From positions 800,001 through 864,000 of the forward strand of contig OZ271854.1 in assembly GCA_965601925.1 (NCBI GenBank): DNA of 64,000 bases. The letters run 5' to 3'. The position numbers and the translations under genes were made by a program. Below the pieces are notes generated by a model. It ran no database searches, was not told where the DNA came from, and worked only from the letters and a program-made list of their open reading frames with translations. Of this stretch, positions 9,458 through 20,179 are shown in pieces (the stretch's first letter is position 1; every line of letters starts with the position of its first letter). This DNA is from Alkalispirochaeta sp. (GTDB lineage Bacteria; Spirochaetota; Spirochaetia; DSM-27196; Alkalispirochaetaceae).

Positions 9458-10087
9458 CAAACACCCAGTGGCGTAAGCACGAGTGAGAAGCAAAAGCGGG
9501 GGCGTCCACGGAGCGAGCGTGCACGACACGCAATTTTGCGCGCCGCTTTCGAATTGTTGCAGGAGGTGGGACCCAAAATGATAACCGTTGAGGCCGTGGC
9601 CGCGCGCGCCGGCGTAGGCAAGCCGACGATTTACCGCTACTGGGCAAATGCGCAGGAGCTTGCGATGGCCGCAATCATCTCGCGGTTGGCAAGTATGGAA
9701 GAGGCGCATTACCCCACGTCGATACCCCAGTCGGCATCACCGCTGGACGATCTGCGTCGGCAGGTTCAGTGGATCATTCGAGGATCTTCGTCGCACGAAG
9801 GTAATCAAATCATGAAAATGCTCGCATCCGTAGAACATAGCGGAGAGTTGTTTGAAGCATTTCGGGATCAGGTCGTCCTCGATCACAGGAGTGAGAGCCT
9901 GTCGATACTCCGGAGAGCCGTCGCGGTCGGACAGATCAGAACCGATGCGCCGCTTGAGGAGGCGGTCGATCTCCTCCACGGAGCGATTTTCTTTCGTCTG
10001 GTTTCGAGCCACGCACCGGTCACTCCGGAGTTTGGTGAGCGAGCCGTCGATATCATCATTCAGGGTCTGGCAGAAGTAGAGAAATAG
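9449..10087 (+). CDS. TetR/AcrR family regulator
   Basis: RGRPRS...TVEAVAARAGVGKPTIYRYW HTH. Confidence 0.93.
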   Translation: MIKQTPSGVSTSEKQKRGRPRSERARHAILRAAFELLQEVGPKMITVEAVAARAGVGKPTIYRYWANAQELAMAAIISRLASMEEAHYPTSIPQSASPLDDLRRQVQWIIRGSSSHEGNQIMKMLASVEHSGELFEAFRDQVVLDHRSESLSILRRAVAVGQIRTDAPLEEAVDLLHGAIFFRLVSSHAPVTPEFGERAVDIIIQGLAEVEK

Positions 10088-10142
10088 CCCACGTAGCATT
10101 CCGCATCATCTCACGTTGGAAATATGGGAAAGGAGCATCCAT

Positions 10143-11219
10143 ATGATGAAAAGAATAGTGAGTAGCGCGCTCACCGGCGCGGTACTTCTTATGTTGATCG
10201 GTTGTACCGGCGAGGCGGAAGTGTCTACGCCCACAATTGATGAAATTCAGCGCGAGGACGGGGTGCCGGTAGAGACGCGAATCGTCGAGCCTGCCAGCTT
10301 CCGGTCCTACTACACCTTCACCAGCAGCTTGCGCGGGGCCGAAGAGTCGACCGCGTCGGCGCTGATCGTCGAAGAGGTCGCCGCGGTGCTTCACGAGGTC
10401 GGCGATTTCGTCGAGCGTAATACGCCTGTCGTGACCTTTCCTCCCGACAATCCGACGTTGGGCTACGAGCAGGCGCGGGTGAATCTTTTGAGTGCCAGGG
10501 CCTCGTACGAGCGGGTTCGCGGGCTCTTTCAGGATCAGGGCGTTTCGCAGCAAGCCTTCGACGACGCCAGAACGCAATATGATCTTGCTCGCGCGAGGTG
10601 GAACAACGTGCAAAACATCACCCAAGTCCGCGCGCCGATCTCCGGCTTTATCACACGCATCAACGTGTTCGAGTCGGACAATGTACGAAGCGGCGACCCG
10701 CTCTTCACCGTCTCCGACTACACCGAAATCTTGACCACCGTGTGGCTCACCGACCGTCAAGCGCGCAATGTGCGGGTCGGCCGGCCGGCGCGCGCGATCT
10801 GGCAGGACCACATCGTCGAGGGGCACGTCGTACGAATCGACCGGGCGATGGATCAGGAGCGCAAGGCGTTTGCAACGTGGTTGCGCTTTGACAACCCCGG
10901 GCGGCTGGTCAACAGCGGCGTCACGGCGATCGTCGAGATCGAGACCTATCGCAACGACCGGGCGGTCATTCTCAACCGGCGCGAGGTGATCGACGACGAG
11001 GTGATCGGGACGTACGTCTATCTGGCGCGCGATGGCCGCGCCGTTCGCGTCCCGATTCGGATCGACCGCACGCAAGGACTCTTTGTCGAGGTCGCCGAGG
11101 GCATCACGATGGGCGAAGAGGTGATCACCGTCGGAGTCGACCGCGTCAGCGACGGGGTGCGGATCCAGGTGGTAGAGCAAGAGCCGCTGTTGGTGCAGCA
11201 GCAAGACCCACAAGAGTAG
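10143..11219 (+). CDS. RND efflux membrane fusion lipoprotein
   Basis: Lipobox LLMLIGC, 'VRAPISG', beta-barrel/lipoyl MFP pattern; RBS AGGAG. Confidence 0.9.
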   Translation: MMKRIVSSALTGAVLLMLIGCTGEAEVSTPTIDEIQREDGVPVETRIVEPASFRSYYTFTSSLRGAEESTASALIVEEVAAVLHEVGDFVERNTPVVTFPPDNPTLGYEQARVNLLSARASYERVRGLFQDQGVSQQAFDDARTQYDLARARWNNVQNITQVRAPISGFITRINVFESDNVRSGDPLFTVSDYTEILTTVWLTDRQARNVRVGRPARAIWQDHIVEGHVVRIDRAMDQERKAFATWLRFDNPGRLVNSGVTAIVEIETYRNDRAVILNRREVIDDEVIGTYVYLARDGRAVRVPIRIDRTQGLFVEVAEGITMGEEVITVGVDRVSDGVRIQVVEQEPLLVQQQDPQE

Positions 11220-11231
11220 GAGGAACGAGCG

Positions 11232-14200
11232 ATGTTTTTATCGGATCTTTCCATCAAACGCCCGATCATGATGTCGATGGGGCTGGTAGCGCTGCTCTTG
11301 TTCGGTGCGATCGGGTATTTCAATCTCCCGCTCAACTTGCTGCCGGAGATCGAGATTCCGATCGTCACGGTCACCACGGTGTTTCCCGGCGCCGGTCCGG
11401 ATCAAGTCGAGACGCAGATCACCACGCTGATCGAAGACGAGGTGGGCACGATCAGCCAGATCGACAATATCCAGTCCTTCAGCCTGGACAGCGCGGCGGT
11501 GGTGATCATCCAGTTCGAGTTGACCAAGGACGCCGATGTCGCCACCCAAGAGGTGCGCGACCGCGTCGCCTTGATCGTCAATGAACTGCCCGAAGAGGCC
11601 GACGAAGCGGTGGTCGAGAAGATCGATATTACCGCCACGCCGATCGTCAACATCGTGATGAGCGGCGACCTCGACCCGGTTGTGCTCAGCGAACTCGCCG
11701 ACACCACGGTGAGCGATCAATTGTCGCGTATCGCGGGGGTCGGCACCGTCTCGATCGCCGGTCGGCGCGAGCGCGAGATCCGCGTCGAGTTCGACAATCG
11801 CGTGGTCTACGAGAACGAGATCAGCTTGGTGCAGGTGGCGCAGGTGCTGTCGGCGGCCAACGTCGCGACTCCGGGCGGCAACATCCAAGCGCAGGAAATG
11901 GATTTCTCGGTGCGGATGGAGGGCGAGTTTGCCGCGGTCGACGAGTTGGCGGCGATCGACATTCCCACTGCGGTCGGGTTGCGCCGCCTCGGCAGTATCG
12001 CAACGGTGTACGACGGGGGAGCGGACGTGCGCGAACGCGTCTCGTTCTTCGACACCGTTGAGGACGAACGCGATGCGCAGTCGCTGTTGATCAGCGTCAT
12101 TAAGAGTCCCGACGGTAACACCGTCGACGTGGCCGACGCAGTTATCGATGCGCTCCCCCGTATCCAGGCGTCCTTGCGGGCCAACGTCGGCTTGCGCGTC
12201 GTCTCCGACGACTCTACCGAGGTACGCGGAGCGGTCGAGGATACGCTGACCAACATCGGGCTCGGCATCGCGCTTACCGCGCTGGTGTTGCTGCTCTTTC
12301 TGCGCGACATACGCTCTACGTTGATTGTGGCGCTCACGATGCCGATGTCGATTATCCCGACCTTTCTCGCGATGGATGTGCTGGGGTTATCGCTCAATGT
12401 GATGTCGCTGATGGGCATCTCCACCGCGGTCGGCGTGTTGGTCATGAATTCGGTAATCGTGATCGAGAACATCTTTCGCCACACGGCGCTCGGAGCCGAC
12501 CGTGTGACCGCAGCGTCCAGGGGTACATCGGAGATGGTGATCGCGGTGATAGCGTCGACGGCCACCAACATCGCCGTCTTTCTCCCGTTGGCCGGTGTCA
12601 GCGGCGTCGCCGGCCTCTATTTATACGAGTTCGCCCTGGCGATCACCTTCGCCACGCTCTTTTCGCTCTTGATTTCATTCACCCTTACGCCGATGCTCGC
12701 CTCTAAGCTCTTGCCCGAGAGCACCGCCACCAAGAAGTCCGGCGGCGGCCGGTCGGGCGCCGTATTCGTTGCGCTCGAACGGGGTTACAAGGGGCTCTTG
12801 GAAAAGCTCTTGGTAAAGCGTTGGCGCAGCGCGGCGCTGGTGGCCGGTGTGTTTGTCGCCTTCGTCGCAGCGATGTCGCGGTTCGGCGGCATACCGTTCG
12901 AGCTGCTGCCGATTCAGGACCACAGCAGAATCGTGGCCGAGGTGGAGCTGGCACAGGGAACGGACCTGGACGTCACCGCCGAAACCCTCGCCGAGATCGA
13001 ACGGCGGATCGCGACGCACGATGAGGTGGTAACGATCACCACCACCCTCGGTTCTACCTCCGAGACCAACGTCGGCACCAACGTGGCGGTGGCCGATATA
13101 CGGCTGGTAGATCGGGAGCTTCGCGATCGTGACAACATCGTCGCGGGGCGCATCGCGGCCGACCTGGCGACCGTGCCCGGCGCGCTCATCAAGGTCGGTG
13201 CGCGGCAATCGGGCGCGCTGGACGCCGGTGCACCGGTCCTCTTTTATCTCCAGGGCGAAGACACCGAAACGCTCGCGTCGCTGGCGCGAGAGCTGCGTCC
13301 GCGATTGCAACAGATCCCGGGAATGATCAACGTCGATATCTCGGCCAAGGCGGGGCGGCCGGAGGTGATTCTCATTCCCGACCGCATCAAGATCAACGAT
13401 GCGGGGCTCACGGTGCAGGACATCGCCATCAGCATGCGCGCGGCGGTCGAGGGTATGGTAATGACCACTTTGCGCGAGGGGGGCGAGGAGTACGACATCC
13501 GCGTCACACTCAACGACGAAGATGTATCGGGTTACGACGATATTACCAATATCGTGATTCCCACCCGCGCCGGCCTGTTGCCGTTGGGCCACTTTGCCGA
13601 GGTGAGCGTGGCTCAAGGTATCAACCAGATCTTGCGCGAAGACCGCTGGGAATCGGTGCAAATCACCGCCGACTTGGAGCCGGGCTACGTGCTCGGTGAG
13701 GTATCGGCACCGATCGAAGAGACGGTCGCGGCGATGGGGCTACCCCCGGGCTATCAGTTTAGCTGGGGCGGCGACGCCGAGAGCTTTAGTGAAACGGCGC
13801 CGCAGCTTCTGTTCGCCTTTGCTTTGGCGATCATCCTGACCTACATGCTTTTGGCCGCCATCCTGGAAAAAACGCGCCAGCCGTTGCTGATTCTTTCGAC
13901 GGTGCCGCTCTCGTTGATCGGCGTTGTGGCGGCGTTCTACATGACCGGGCTGTCGATGAATATCATCTCGATCCTCTCGATCATCATGCTGGTCGGTATG
14001 GTGGTCAACAACGCGATCCTGATTCTGGACTACGCCAACCAACTACGCACCGAAGGCCGAAGCCTGCGCGAGGCGCTCATCGAAGCGGCGCCGACCAAGC
14101 TCAAGCCGATTTTGATGGCCAACACCGCCACGATCCTCGGCATGCTGCCGATGGCGCTGGGGATCGGCGCGTCGGGTGTGGAGTTCCGCCAGCCGATGGG

Positions 14201-14327
14201 TGTGGTCTCGATCGGTGGGTTGATAACCGCGACGTTCCTGTCGCTATTCGTGATCCCGGCGTTGGAGATCGTGGTCGAGTCGCGCACATCGCGGCGCGCC
14301 GGCGGCGCGACGGCGAGCGGTACATAA
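11232..14327 (+). CDS. RND efflux permease (AcrB/AcrD/AcrF family)
   Basis: 1031 aa; 'SIKRP', 'GMVVNNAILILDY', 'KLKPILM' motifs. Confidence 0.95.
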   Translation: MFLSDLSIKRPIMMSMGLVALLLFGAIGYFNLPLNLLPEIEIPIVTVTTVFPGAGPDQVETQITTLIEDEVGTISQIDNIQSFSLDSAAVVIIQFELTKDADVATQEVRDRVALIVNELPEEADEAVVEKIDITATPIVNIVMSGDLDPVVLSELADTTVSDQLSRIAGVGTVSIAGRREREIRVEFDNRVVYENEISLVQVAQVLSAANVATPGGNIQAQEMDFSVRMEGEFAAVDELAAIDIPTAVGLRRLGSIATVYDGGADVRERVSFFDTVEDERDAQSLLISVIKSPDGNTVDVADAVIDALPRIQASLRANVGLRVVSDDSTEVRGAVEDTLTNIGLGIALTALVLLLFLRDIRSTLIVALTMPMSIIPTFLAMDVLGLSLNVMSLMGISTAVGVLVMNSVIVIENIFRHTALGADRVTAASRGTSEMVIAVIASTATNIAVFLPLAGVSGVAGLYLYEFALAITFATLFSLLISFTLTPMLASKLLPESTATKKSGGGRSGAVFVALERGYKGLLEKLLVKRWRSAALVAGVFVAFVAAMSRFGGIPFELLPIQDHSRIVAEVELAQGTDLDVTAETLAEIERRIATHDEVVTITTTLGSTSETNVGTNVAVADIRLVDRELRDRDNIVAGRIAADLATVPGALIKVGARQSGALDAGAPVLFYLQGEDTETLASLARELRPRLQQIPGMINVDISAKAGRPEVILIPDRIKINDAGLTVQDIAISMRAAVEGMVMTTLREGGEEYDIRVTLNDEDVSGYDDITNIVIPTRAGLLPLGHFAEVSVAQGINQILREDRWESVQITADLEPGYVLGEVSAPIEETVAAMGLPPGYQFSWGGDAESFSETAPQLLFAFALAIILTYMLLAAILEKTRQPLLILSTVPLSLIGVVAAFYMTGLSMNIISILSIIMLVGMVVNNAILILDYANQLRTEGRSLREALIEAAPTKLKPILMANTATILGMLPMALGIGASGVEFRQPMGVVSIGGLITATFLSLFVIPALEIVVESRTSRRAGGATASGT

Positions 14328-14351
14328 CGAGTTTGTAGGAAGGACGCAGAG

Positions 14352-15743
14352 ATGAAACATTCCATTGTCTCAATGAATCGAAGACGCGCGAACGGTGCGC
14401 TCGCAATACTGGCGGCGGTGGCCCTCACGGCCGTCGCGCCGGCCACGGGCTTTACCCAGCCCCGCACGCTCAGCCTCACCGAGTATTTGGCTCTGGTGGA
14501 AGAGGGCAGCCTGCAACTGGAGATATCGCGCACCGACCGCGTTCTGGCGGAGGCGGGAGAGCGTGTGGCGCGTTCGGGTCTCTTGCCGTCCGTCGGCGGG
14601 GAGGTGGGCTACACGCGTAATTTCATCGATATCGAAACCGGTCAGGCGGCGTTCGCCGACACTAACACCGACCTTGGAAGCGGTCTCATTCCGGTTATCA
14701 GTCAACCGAGGGTAGTCAGCGACGACAACGAGTACTCGGCGGGGGTCTCGCTCTCCCAGGTCTTCGACTTGGCTACGGTGCGGTCGTTCGATGCAAGCCG
14801 GCAGTTGACCGATCTTACCTACACGGTGCACGAGGCGACCCGCCACCGCGTTCTGACAACCGCCAAACAGCTCTTTTTTCAGACCCTTTTGCTGCAAGAG
14901 GTGTTGCTGGTACGCCGAGCGTCCGAAGAAGCGGCGTTGAACAACTTTTTGGATACGCAGAATCGGTTGGAAAACGGACTGGCAACGCAGCTGGACGTTC
15001 TGACGGCCGAAGTCGACTGGCAGATCACGCGACCGGACACGACGCAGGCCGAGCGCGATTTGGCCGTAGCGCAGCAAAGCGTGCGCACCTTCGCCGGATT
15101 GCCGCAACACGGCGATCTCGTTATCACCGGCAGCCTGGGTGAGTATCCGCCGCCGCCCTCGTTTGATGGCGCGTTTGACGAACGAATCAACCGCCCCGAC
15201 TACCGGGCGCTTTTGGGCGAACGCCGGTTGCGCGAGATCGAGATCGGCGTCCGGCAGGCCGCGTTTTATCCCAGCCTGTCGGCGTCGCTGACCTACGGGT
15301 GGGAAGCCGGTGACGACGGGTTCGACCTGACCGCCGACGACAGCGATTTTTTTGCAGCCGGATTCACCGTGACGATCCCGCTCTTTTTGGGCGGCGCTCG
15401 CTTTGCCCGTTTGGAGCGCGCGCGCCTGGAGTTGGTTCAGAACGCGAGCGAAATTGCACTTACCGACGAGAACATCGCCACCGAGATCGAGACGATACGG
15501 CTCACCCTCGAAGAGGCGAGTGTGCGCATCGAGTCGGCCGAGCAGACGCGCGAGACCGCCGAGCGCGCGTACGCGGTCACGCAGACCTCCGTTGCCAACG
15601 GCCTGTCGACGCAGCTCGAGCTGCAAAGTGCGCGCGTTCATCGCGATCAGGCGCGGCTCAACTATCTCACGGCGGTCTTCGACTACCTGATCGCCTATTT
15701 CGATTGGCAACTGGCCACCGGGCGCGGTGACCAAACTCTGTAA
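14352..15743 (+). CDS. TolC family outer membrane efflux protein
   Basis: Two OEP-like repeats ('GLATQLDVL', 'GLSTQLEL'); position in operon. Confidence 0.9.
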   Translation: MKHSIVSMNRRRANGALAILAAVALTAVAPATGFTQPRTLSLTEYLALVEEGSLQLEISRTDRVLAEAGERVARSGLLPSVGGEVGYTRNFIDIETGQAAFADTNTDLGSGLIPVISQPRVVSDDNEYSAGVSLSQVFDLATVRSFDASRQLTDLTYTVHEATRHRVLTTAKQLFFQTLLLQEVLLVRRASEEAALNNFLDTQNRLENGLATQLDVLTAEVDWQITRPDTTQAERDLAVAQQSVRTFAGLPQHGDLVITGSLGEYPPPPSFDGAFDERINRPDYRALLGERRLREIEIGVRQAAFYPSLSASLTYGWEAGDDGFDLTADDSDFFAAGFTVTIPLFLGGARFARLERARLELVQNASEIALTDENIATEIETIRLTLEEASVRIESAEQTRETAERAYAVTQTSVANGLSTQLELQSARVHRDQARLNYLTAVFDYLIAYFDWQLATGRGDQTL

Positions 15744-15880
15744 CAGCTCATAGGCCCGCTACCGGCCCGACGAGGGCCGTTTGTGCCGCGCTCAAACTGC
15801 CCGCGGGCGGGCTGTGCGGGAGCAATAGGTGCCGACACGATCGGCAAACACTTCCATTTTGATTGAGAGGAGCTGTCCCC

Positions 15881-16843
15881 ATGTTGGACAAGAACGTGTA
15901 CCAAAGCGCCGCGACCTTACCGAGCAGCGGCGGACAACGAACGCGCGCACTGTACCGCAGCCGCGGCGTCGCAGCCTTCGTTGCATTGTTGTGTCTGGTC
16001 GCCGCGACCGGCGCGCTGTGTGCGCAAGAGGCCGCCGACGACCAGTCGTCCGAACCACCGCAGGGCTGGTTTTTCGGCCTCGGAGCGGTGGGACTGGCCA
16101 ACATCGAAGACGGGCCGCGTGCGGGACTCCAGGGGCGCGTCTGGTACCAACATCCGCTGTTCCACCGCACCGGATCGCTTTGGGACCCCGCGCGCATCGA
16201 GGTTGGCCTCGCCAATCGTTGGACGCCGGTTTCTAACGAGGTGACCGCGTCGGTATACTTTGAGCCGATCGCCGTCTTCGACGTGACCGCCAGCGTGACC
16301 TTTCAGACGCAATACGACCAGTTGCTGGACGCAACAGGCTACTATCGGCTCACATCGTACGATGAAGATCCGACCGACGAGATCGACGAACGCTATACCA
16401 CGCAATCCGGCCTCGTATATCGCGTAGCGCCGCGCGTGAAGGCGGCGTTTGCCGGCTTTATCGCCGCGCATACCGTGCAGATATCGTATGTGGACTACGG
16501 CGCCGTCTCGGACGACTCCGACGACTTCGATTACTACTTGGACGCCCCTGCAGGCATCTCCGAGGTCTTGAACGAACGCGACATGTGGATTCGCAACAAC
16601 ACGGTGGTGCTCTATCAGGTGACCGACGAACTGAATCTGGGACTAAACAGCGTGGCCGACACGGTGCCGGACGCCGATCGAACCAACTACCGCCTCTCGT
16701 TGATCGGGCTCTACGACCGCCCCTTGCGTAACGACTGGAACCTCGGGCTGGTCGTGGTCACCGGCGCATACCTGTCGCACCGCTGGCTGGAAGGCGAACC
16801 GGACCTTACCGTTGTCGTCGAGTTCAGCCGCCCATTACGATGA
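15881..16843 (+). CDS. hypothetical exported/outer-membrane beta-barrel protein
   Basis: Hydrophobic leader, alternating beta-strand pattern; follows tolC-like gene. Confidence 0.6.
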   Translation: MLDKNVYQSAATLPSSGGQRTRALYRSRGVAAFVALLCLVAATGALCAQEAADDQSSEPPQGWFFGLGAVGLANIEDGPRAGLQGRVWYQHPLFHRTGSLWDPARIEVGLANRWTPVSNEVTASVYFEPIAVFDVTASVTFQTQYDQLLDATGYYRLTSYDEDPTDEIDERYTTQSGLVYRVAPRVKAAFAGFIAAHTVQISYVDYGAVSDDSDDFDYYLDAPAGISEVLNERDMWIRNNTVVLYQVTDELNLGLNSVADTVPDADRTNYRLSLIGLYDRPLRNDWNLGLVVVTGAYLSHRWLEGEPDLTVVVEFSRPLR

Positions 16844-16964
16844 AGGTGGCCTTCGTTCTATGCCGGGACCGCCGGCAGTGTGCGGAAGAAGGCGGGTAGA
16901 CGAAGTGATGCGTTGCGTTAGGGCTCGTGTCTATGGCGTGAGCGCCCGCTTTCACTCGACGCCT

Positions 16965-17675
16965 CTACGCACTCCCGTCCGGCCATCCGTCGCGTATCTC
17001 GCTCCCATCCCCCGATGTGCTGAAATCGTTCCGTTCCGCAAGACCCGAAACGAACGTGGTGCCGTTCACGTCGAGGTTATAGAGCTTGCTTTCGGTAATG
17101 ATCGTGCTTTCCATCGCAAGGTCGCGGAGCCGCGCCCCTCTCAGGTCGCAGCGGTGGAAGAGTGTTTTGAGTAGGGTTGCCTCGGACAAGTCGCTCTCTT
17201 GCATGAAGACGTCTGAGAACGCGGCGCGCGTCAAATCGGCCCCGACCAGCGCAGTTGCATCCAAGTGGCCGCCCCGGCACTCAGTTTTGTGCCACCTGCT
17301 GTCGGTAAGATCGGCAGAATCGAAGCGGCACCCCCGCAAGCCGCTGCCGGAGAGGTCGAGGTGACGCCCTTGTACCCGTGCAAAGTCGCAATCGACGAGG
17401 CGCATATCCTGCGCTCGGACGTCGGTCATATCGGCTCCGGTGAAGTTGAGGTTTGTGCCGACTACTCCCTCAAACCGAGCGCCGCTCAGGTTTGCACGCT
17501 CGAACGAGACGTCGTCCAAAACTGCCAGGTCGAAGATCAATCCGGAGAGATCCAGGCCCGAGAAATCTACGTGAGAGAATAGCGGGTTCCTTTTGGGACT
17601 GTGGTTCTTGGTCCACCGGTCGTGTCGATCGAGGGCCGCGGCGATCGCCGTTCGGGTTGCTCGTGTCGTGTCCAT
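16965..17675 (-). CDS. pentapeptide repeat protein
   Basis: Runs of A(D/N)Lxx repeats (ANLSG, ADMTD, ADLTD, ADLTR). Confidence 0.88.
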   Translation of the reverse strand: MDTTRATRTAIAAALDRHDRWTKNHSPKRNPLFSHVDFSGLDLSGLIFDLAVLDDVSFERANLSGARFEGVVGTNLNFTGADMTDVRAQDMRLVDCDFARVQGRHLDLSGSGLRGCRFDSADLTDSRWHKTECRGGHLDATALVGADLTRAAFSDVFMQESDLSEATLLKTLFHRCDLRGARLRDLAMESTIITESKLYNLDVNGTTFVSGLAERNDFSTSGDGSEIRDGWPDGSA

Positions 17676-17838
17676 CTTCCTCGGCCCGAAAAGCCGGCAG
17701 CCCCTCCTTGCATGACCGCGAATGCGGCGACGCCTCAAGCTCGCTATCGACTGCGCCGCACCCTTGCATGACGCGCTGACAACCGCACCCGTCAGGATTG
17801 CCGGCGTACGTTAGCGATTGACGCTCGGCCGGCCTATC

Positions 17839-18369
17839 TCAGGGCAGACGGTCGATCAAATCCAGCCGTTGCACGCACGGATGCCGCGCCTTGACCAAGC
17901 CCAACCGGTGCAGCCGTTTCATGATGATCAGGCGGTTTTTCACTCGTCGGAGCTCGCGTATCGTGTCGATCGGCAGTGTTTGCCATGCTCGCGCAAGTTC
18001 TTCGGCCTCGTCGATCGACAGGGGGAGGTCCTGCGCCCACGCGATGATGCGATCGGGATTTAGAACATCGCGGTCGCTATCGGGCCCCAGCCGTTCTATC
18101 GCTTTTAGGCGCGTGTACATTTCGGAGTATCGAAACAACTCCGAATCCTGCCGGTGGCGCGTGGATAGGATCGCGTAACACCGTACGGGAACCTCGATCC
18201 ACTGCACCTCCGGCGCCTCTTCCGGGCGTGCAAGCTTTGCGTTTGCGTACGCAAGCTCCGCCAGCCCGAGCCAGTTGAAATCCTGCGAGGCGGCATCGGC
18301 GGCGCCAATCCAATCCAGCACCTCGGCCGGTGGTACGCCCAGAACGTCGCGGAACGTGGACGGGTTCAT
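17839..18369 (-). CDS. hypothetical protein (immunity-like context)
   Basis: 176-aa ORF with coding-like composition. Confidence 0.6.
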   Translation of the reverse strand: MNPSTFRDVLGVPPAEVLDWIGAADAASQDFNWLGLAELAYANAKLARPEEAPEVQWIEVPVRCYAILSTRHRQDSELFRYSEMYTRLKAIERLGPDSDRDVLNPDRIIAWAQDLPLSIDEAEELARAWQTLPIDTIRELRRVKNRLIIMKRLHRLGLVKARHPCVQRLDLIDRLP

Positions 18370-18372
18370 CGT

Positions 18373-18459
18373 CTACACCGTATCGTGTAATCGACGGTGG
18401 CCAAAAGCCAACTCACGCGCCGAACGGTGCGCCTCTTCGTTCTCAATATTCAGGGGCAT
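18373..18459 (-). pseudogene. truncated VapB-type (Rv0623-like) antitoxin stub
   Basis: AGGAGG RBS then MPLNIENEEAHRSARELA..., stop after 28 aa; not in ORF track. Confidence 0.6.
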
Positions 18460-18470
18460 AGTCCCTCCTA

Positions 18471-18497
18471 AAAGAAAAACCTCCTCCTGGGAGGAGG
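18471..18497 (-). terminator. intrinsic terminator-like hairpin
   Basis: CCTCCTCC-CA-GGAGGAGG followed by a T-rich tract on the minus strand. Confidence 0.55.
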
Positions 18498-18620
18498 ATG
18501 CCGCATCGTATTCGCGCCGTCAATGTGAGACTTCCGCCGGCGACTCGCGGTCCATCCCGAACCGACCTCGAACCATGCCACCGGCTTGTATGAGTGCTTA
18601 TCGTTTTCTATGATCGCGCC

Positions 18621-19304
18621 ATGGCGAAACCGTATTTCCAGCGCTACAATGAACTGGCCGACGCGTTGGAGCGTGCCTATCACACGGAAGTCGTTGAGAG
18701 AACTCCTGCGATGGTCGAGAGGAAATCGGCGGCCCCGCGAGGGTTTCGTAAGCTGGTCGATGAAAAGAGCTATGCGATTCCCGAAGACTACCTGTCGATT
18801 CTTGAGATCCCTAACACCCTTGCGCTCCGTTTCTTCTACGACATCGATGAGGCGCACCGGGGCGCCGGTGAGTTCAAAATCAGGTCGTTCTACTCCGCGC
18901 TCACCTCGAACAAAGATCCCAAGCTCTCCAACACCTCGATGCACAGCGAAGAGGACATCGAGATTCTGAAACACTTCAGGATTATCGACGAGCATCCGTT
19001 TTCCGGAGACTTCAAGCTGGCGGCGTTCTACAAAAAGCCCGGCGCCTCGCCGCCGGCGATACCGCAGATCTACTTTTACGACCGCGGCACGTACTACCCG
19101 ATGAACCTCGACTACTTCGGTTACTTGGACGCCGTGTTGGACCTGGCCGGGATCGCCAACTGGCAGTACCTCTTTTGCGACGTAAATCTTCGCACCGCGG
19201 AGTATCAGCACATCCACGAGGATCTGAAGCGCGGTATCGAAGCGGTCGCGATGCTCTTTCCCGACAAGGACCTCTCACGCTACGAGCAGTTGTTGGCGAA
19301 GTGA
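18621..19304 (+). CDS. SUKH/SMI1-like putative immunity protein (paralog 1)
   Basis: 'IPEDY..', 'GEFKI', 'MNLDYFGYL...GIANWQY', 'LFP' motif shared with five other ORFs. Confidence 0.65.
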   Translation: MAKPYFQRYNELADALERAYHTEVVERTPAMVERKSAAPRGFRKLVDEKSYAIPEDYLSILEIPNTLALRFFYDIDEAHRGAGEFKIRSFYSALTSNKDPKLSNTSMHSEEDIEILKHFRIIDEHPFSGDFKLAAFYKKPGASPPAIPQIYFYDRGTYYPMNLDYFGYLDAVLDLAGIANWQYLFCDVNLRTAEYQHIHEDLKRGIEAVAMLFPDKDLSRYEQLLAK

Positions 19305-19461
19305 CGTCGATCCGTGGGGCAAAACCCGTCCGTGTCCGTCGATGTGCGATATGCTCGCCGCGGTAGGGCTGCTTCTCGGCCGGCGGCATCGAGCGAATCG
19401 TTCCGAGCTGCAGTAGATTGGTAGTGTCGGATCGATATCACAACGGAGAGATGCAACCACG

Positions 19462-20130
19462 ATGAAAGCGTTATCTGCATTGAAAGCTGAGCTGGCGAAC
19501 CTGAAGGTAGCGAAACAGGGAAAAATCTGGCCCGAGGAACGGCCGGAAGTCTGGCTCGATTATGTCCAAGAGCTGGGAATAACCCCGCAAGACTATCCCC
19601 AGCTTTTGGAAATTGTACGAGAGTCCGACCTGGAAGGTGCGTACGAAGGGTGCTCTCCTGAAGAGTGCATTCCGGTTCATGCGTGGCGGGCGATCGCTCA
19701 ACTCAAACAGCCGGATGCCGTTCGAGATCTGTATGAGGTGCTGATCGATGAAAAAAATGAAGAGGCCTTCTGGTTCAAGATAGAGTTTCCGACCGTCATG
19801 CAGACGATCGGTCCCGATGCGATACCCCTTTTGTCTGCGCTTCTTCACGATCACGATTCCGACTGGGGATACAAAATGCTTCTCGTAGAATCGTTACTGC
19901 CGTTTGCGGCGAGCGATCAAACCCATCGTTCGGCGGTCATCCGGAGCGTGCATGACGTCCTGCGGGACTACCAGAATCATGACCCCGAGTATATCGGCGC
20001 GATCATCAAAGAGATCCGGAAGATACATCCGAAAGAGATCTCTGAGACCGTTGTCACGATCATGAAGAATGACGGCTATGATCTGTCCGGTCTGGAGCGT
20101 GACGAGGACGTCTGGCTGTATATCGAATAG
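19462..20130 (+). CDS. helical-repeat hypothetical protein (DUF1186-like)
   Basis: 'PVHAWRAIAQLK', 'EFPTVMQTIGPDAIP'; RBS GGAG. Confidence 0.6.
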   Translation: MKALSALKAELANLKVAKQGKIWPEERPEVWLDYVQELGITPQDYPQLLEIVRESDLEGAYEGCSPEECIPVHAWRAIAQLKQPDAVRDLYEVLIDEKNEEAFWFKIEFPTVMQTIGPDAIPLLSALLHDHDSDWGYKMLLVESLLPFAASDQTHRSAVIRSVHDVLRDYQNHDPEYIGAIIKEIRKIHPKEISETVVTIMKNDGYDLSGLERDEDVWLYIE

Positions 20131-20179
20131 CGTTCTTGGCCTCGGCGCGGAGCGTCCTCTTCGATCGAGGTTGAACGTC

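Noticed and set aside
16965..17675. Qnr/MfpA quinolone-resistance gene
   Set aside because: Pentapeptide repeats alone do not support that assignment, and no Qnr-specific features were recognisable.
17706..17772. Short direct repeat CCTTGCATGAC (two copies)
   Set aside because: Only 11 bp and two copies, with no associated element; cannot be distinguished from chance.
18498..18620. Riboswitch upstream of the terminator preceding the VapB stub
   Set aside because: The terminator-then-RBS layout is suggestive, but I could not recognise any aptamer consensus; an Rfam scan would be needed.
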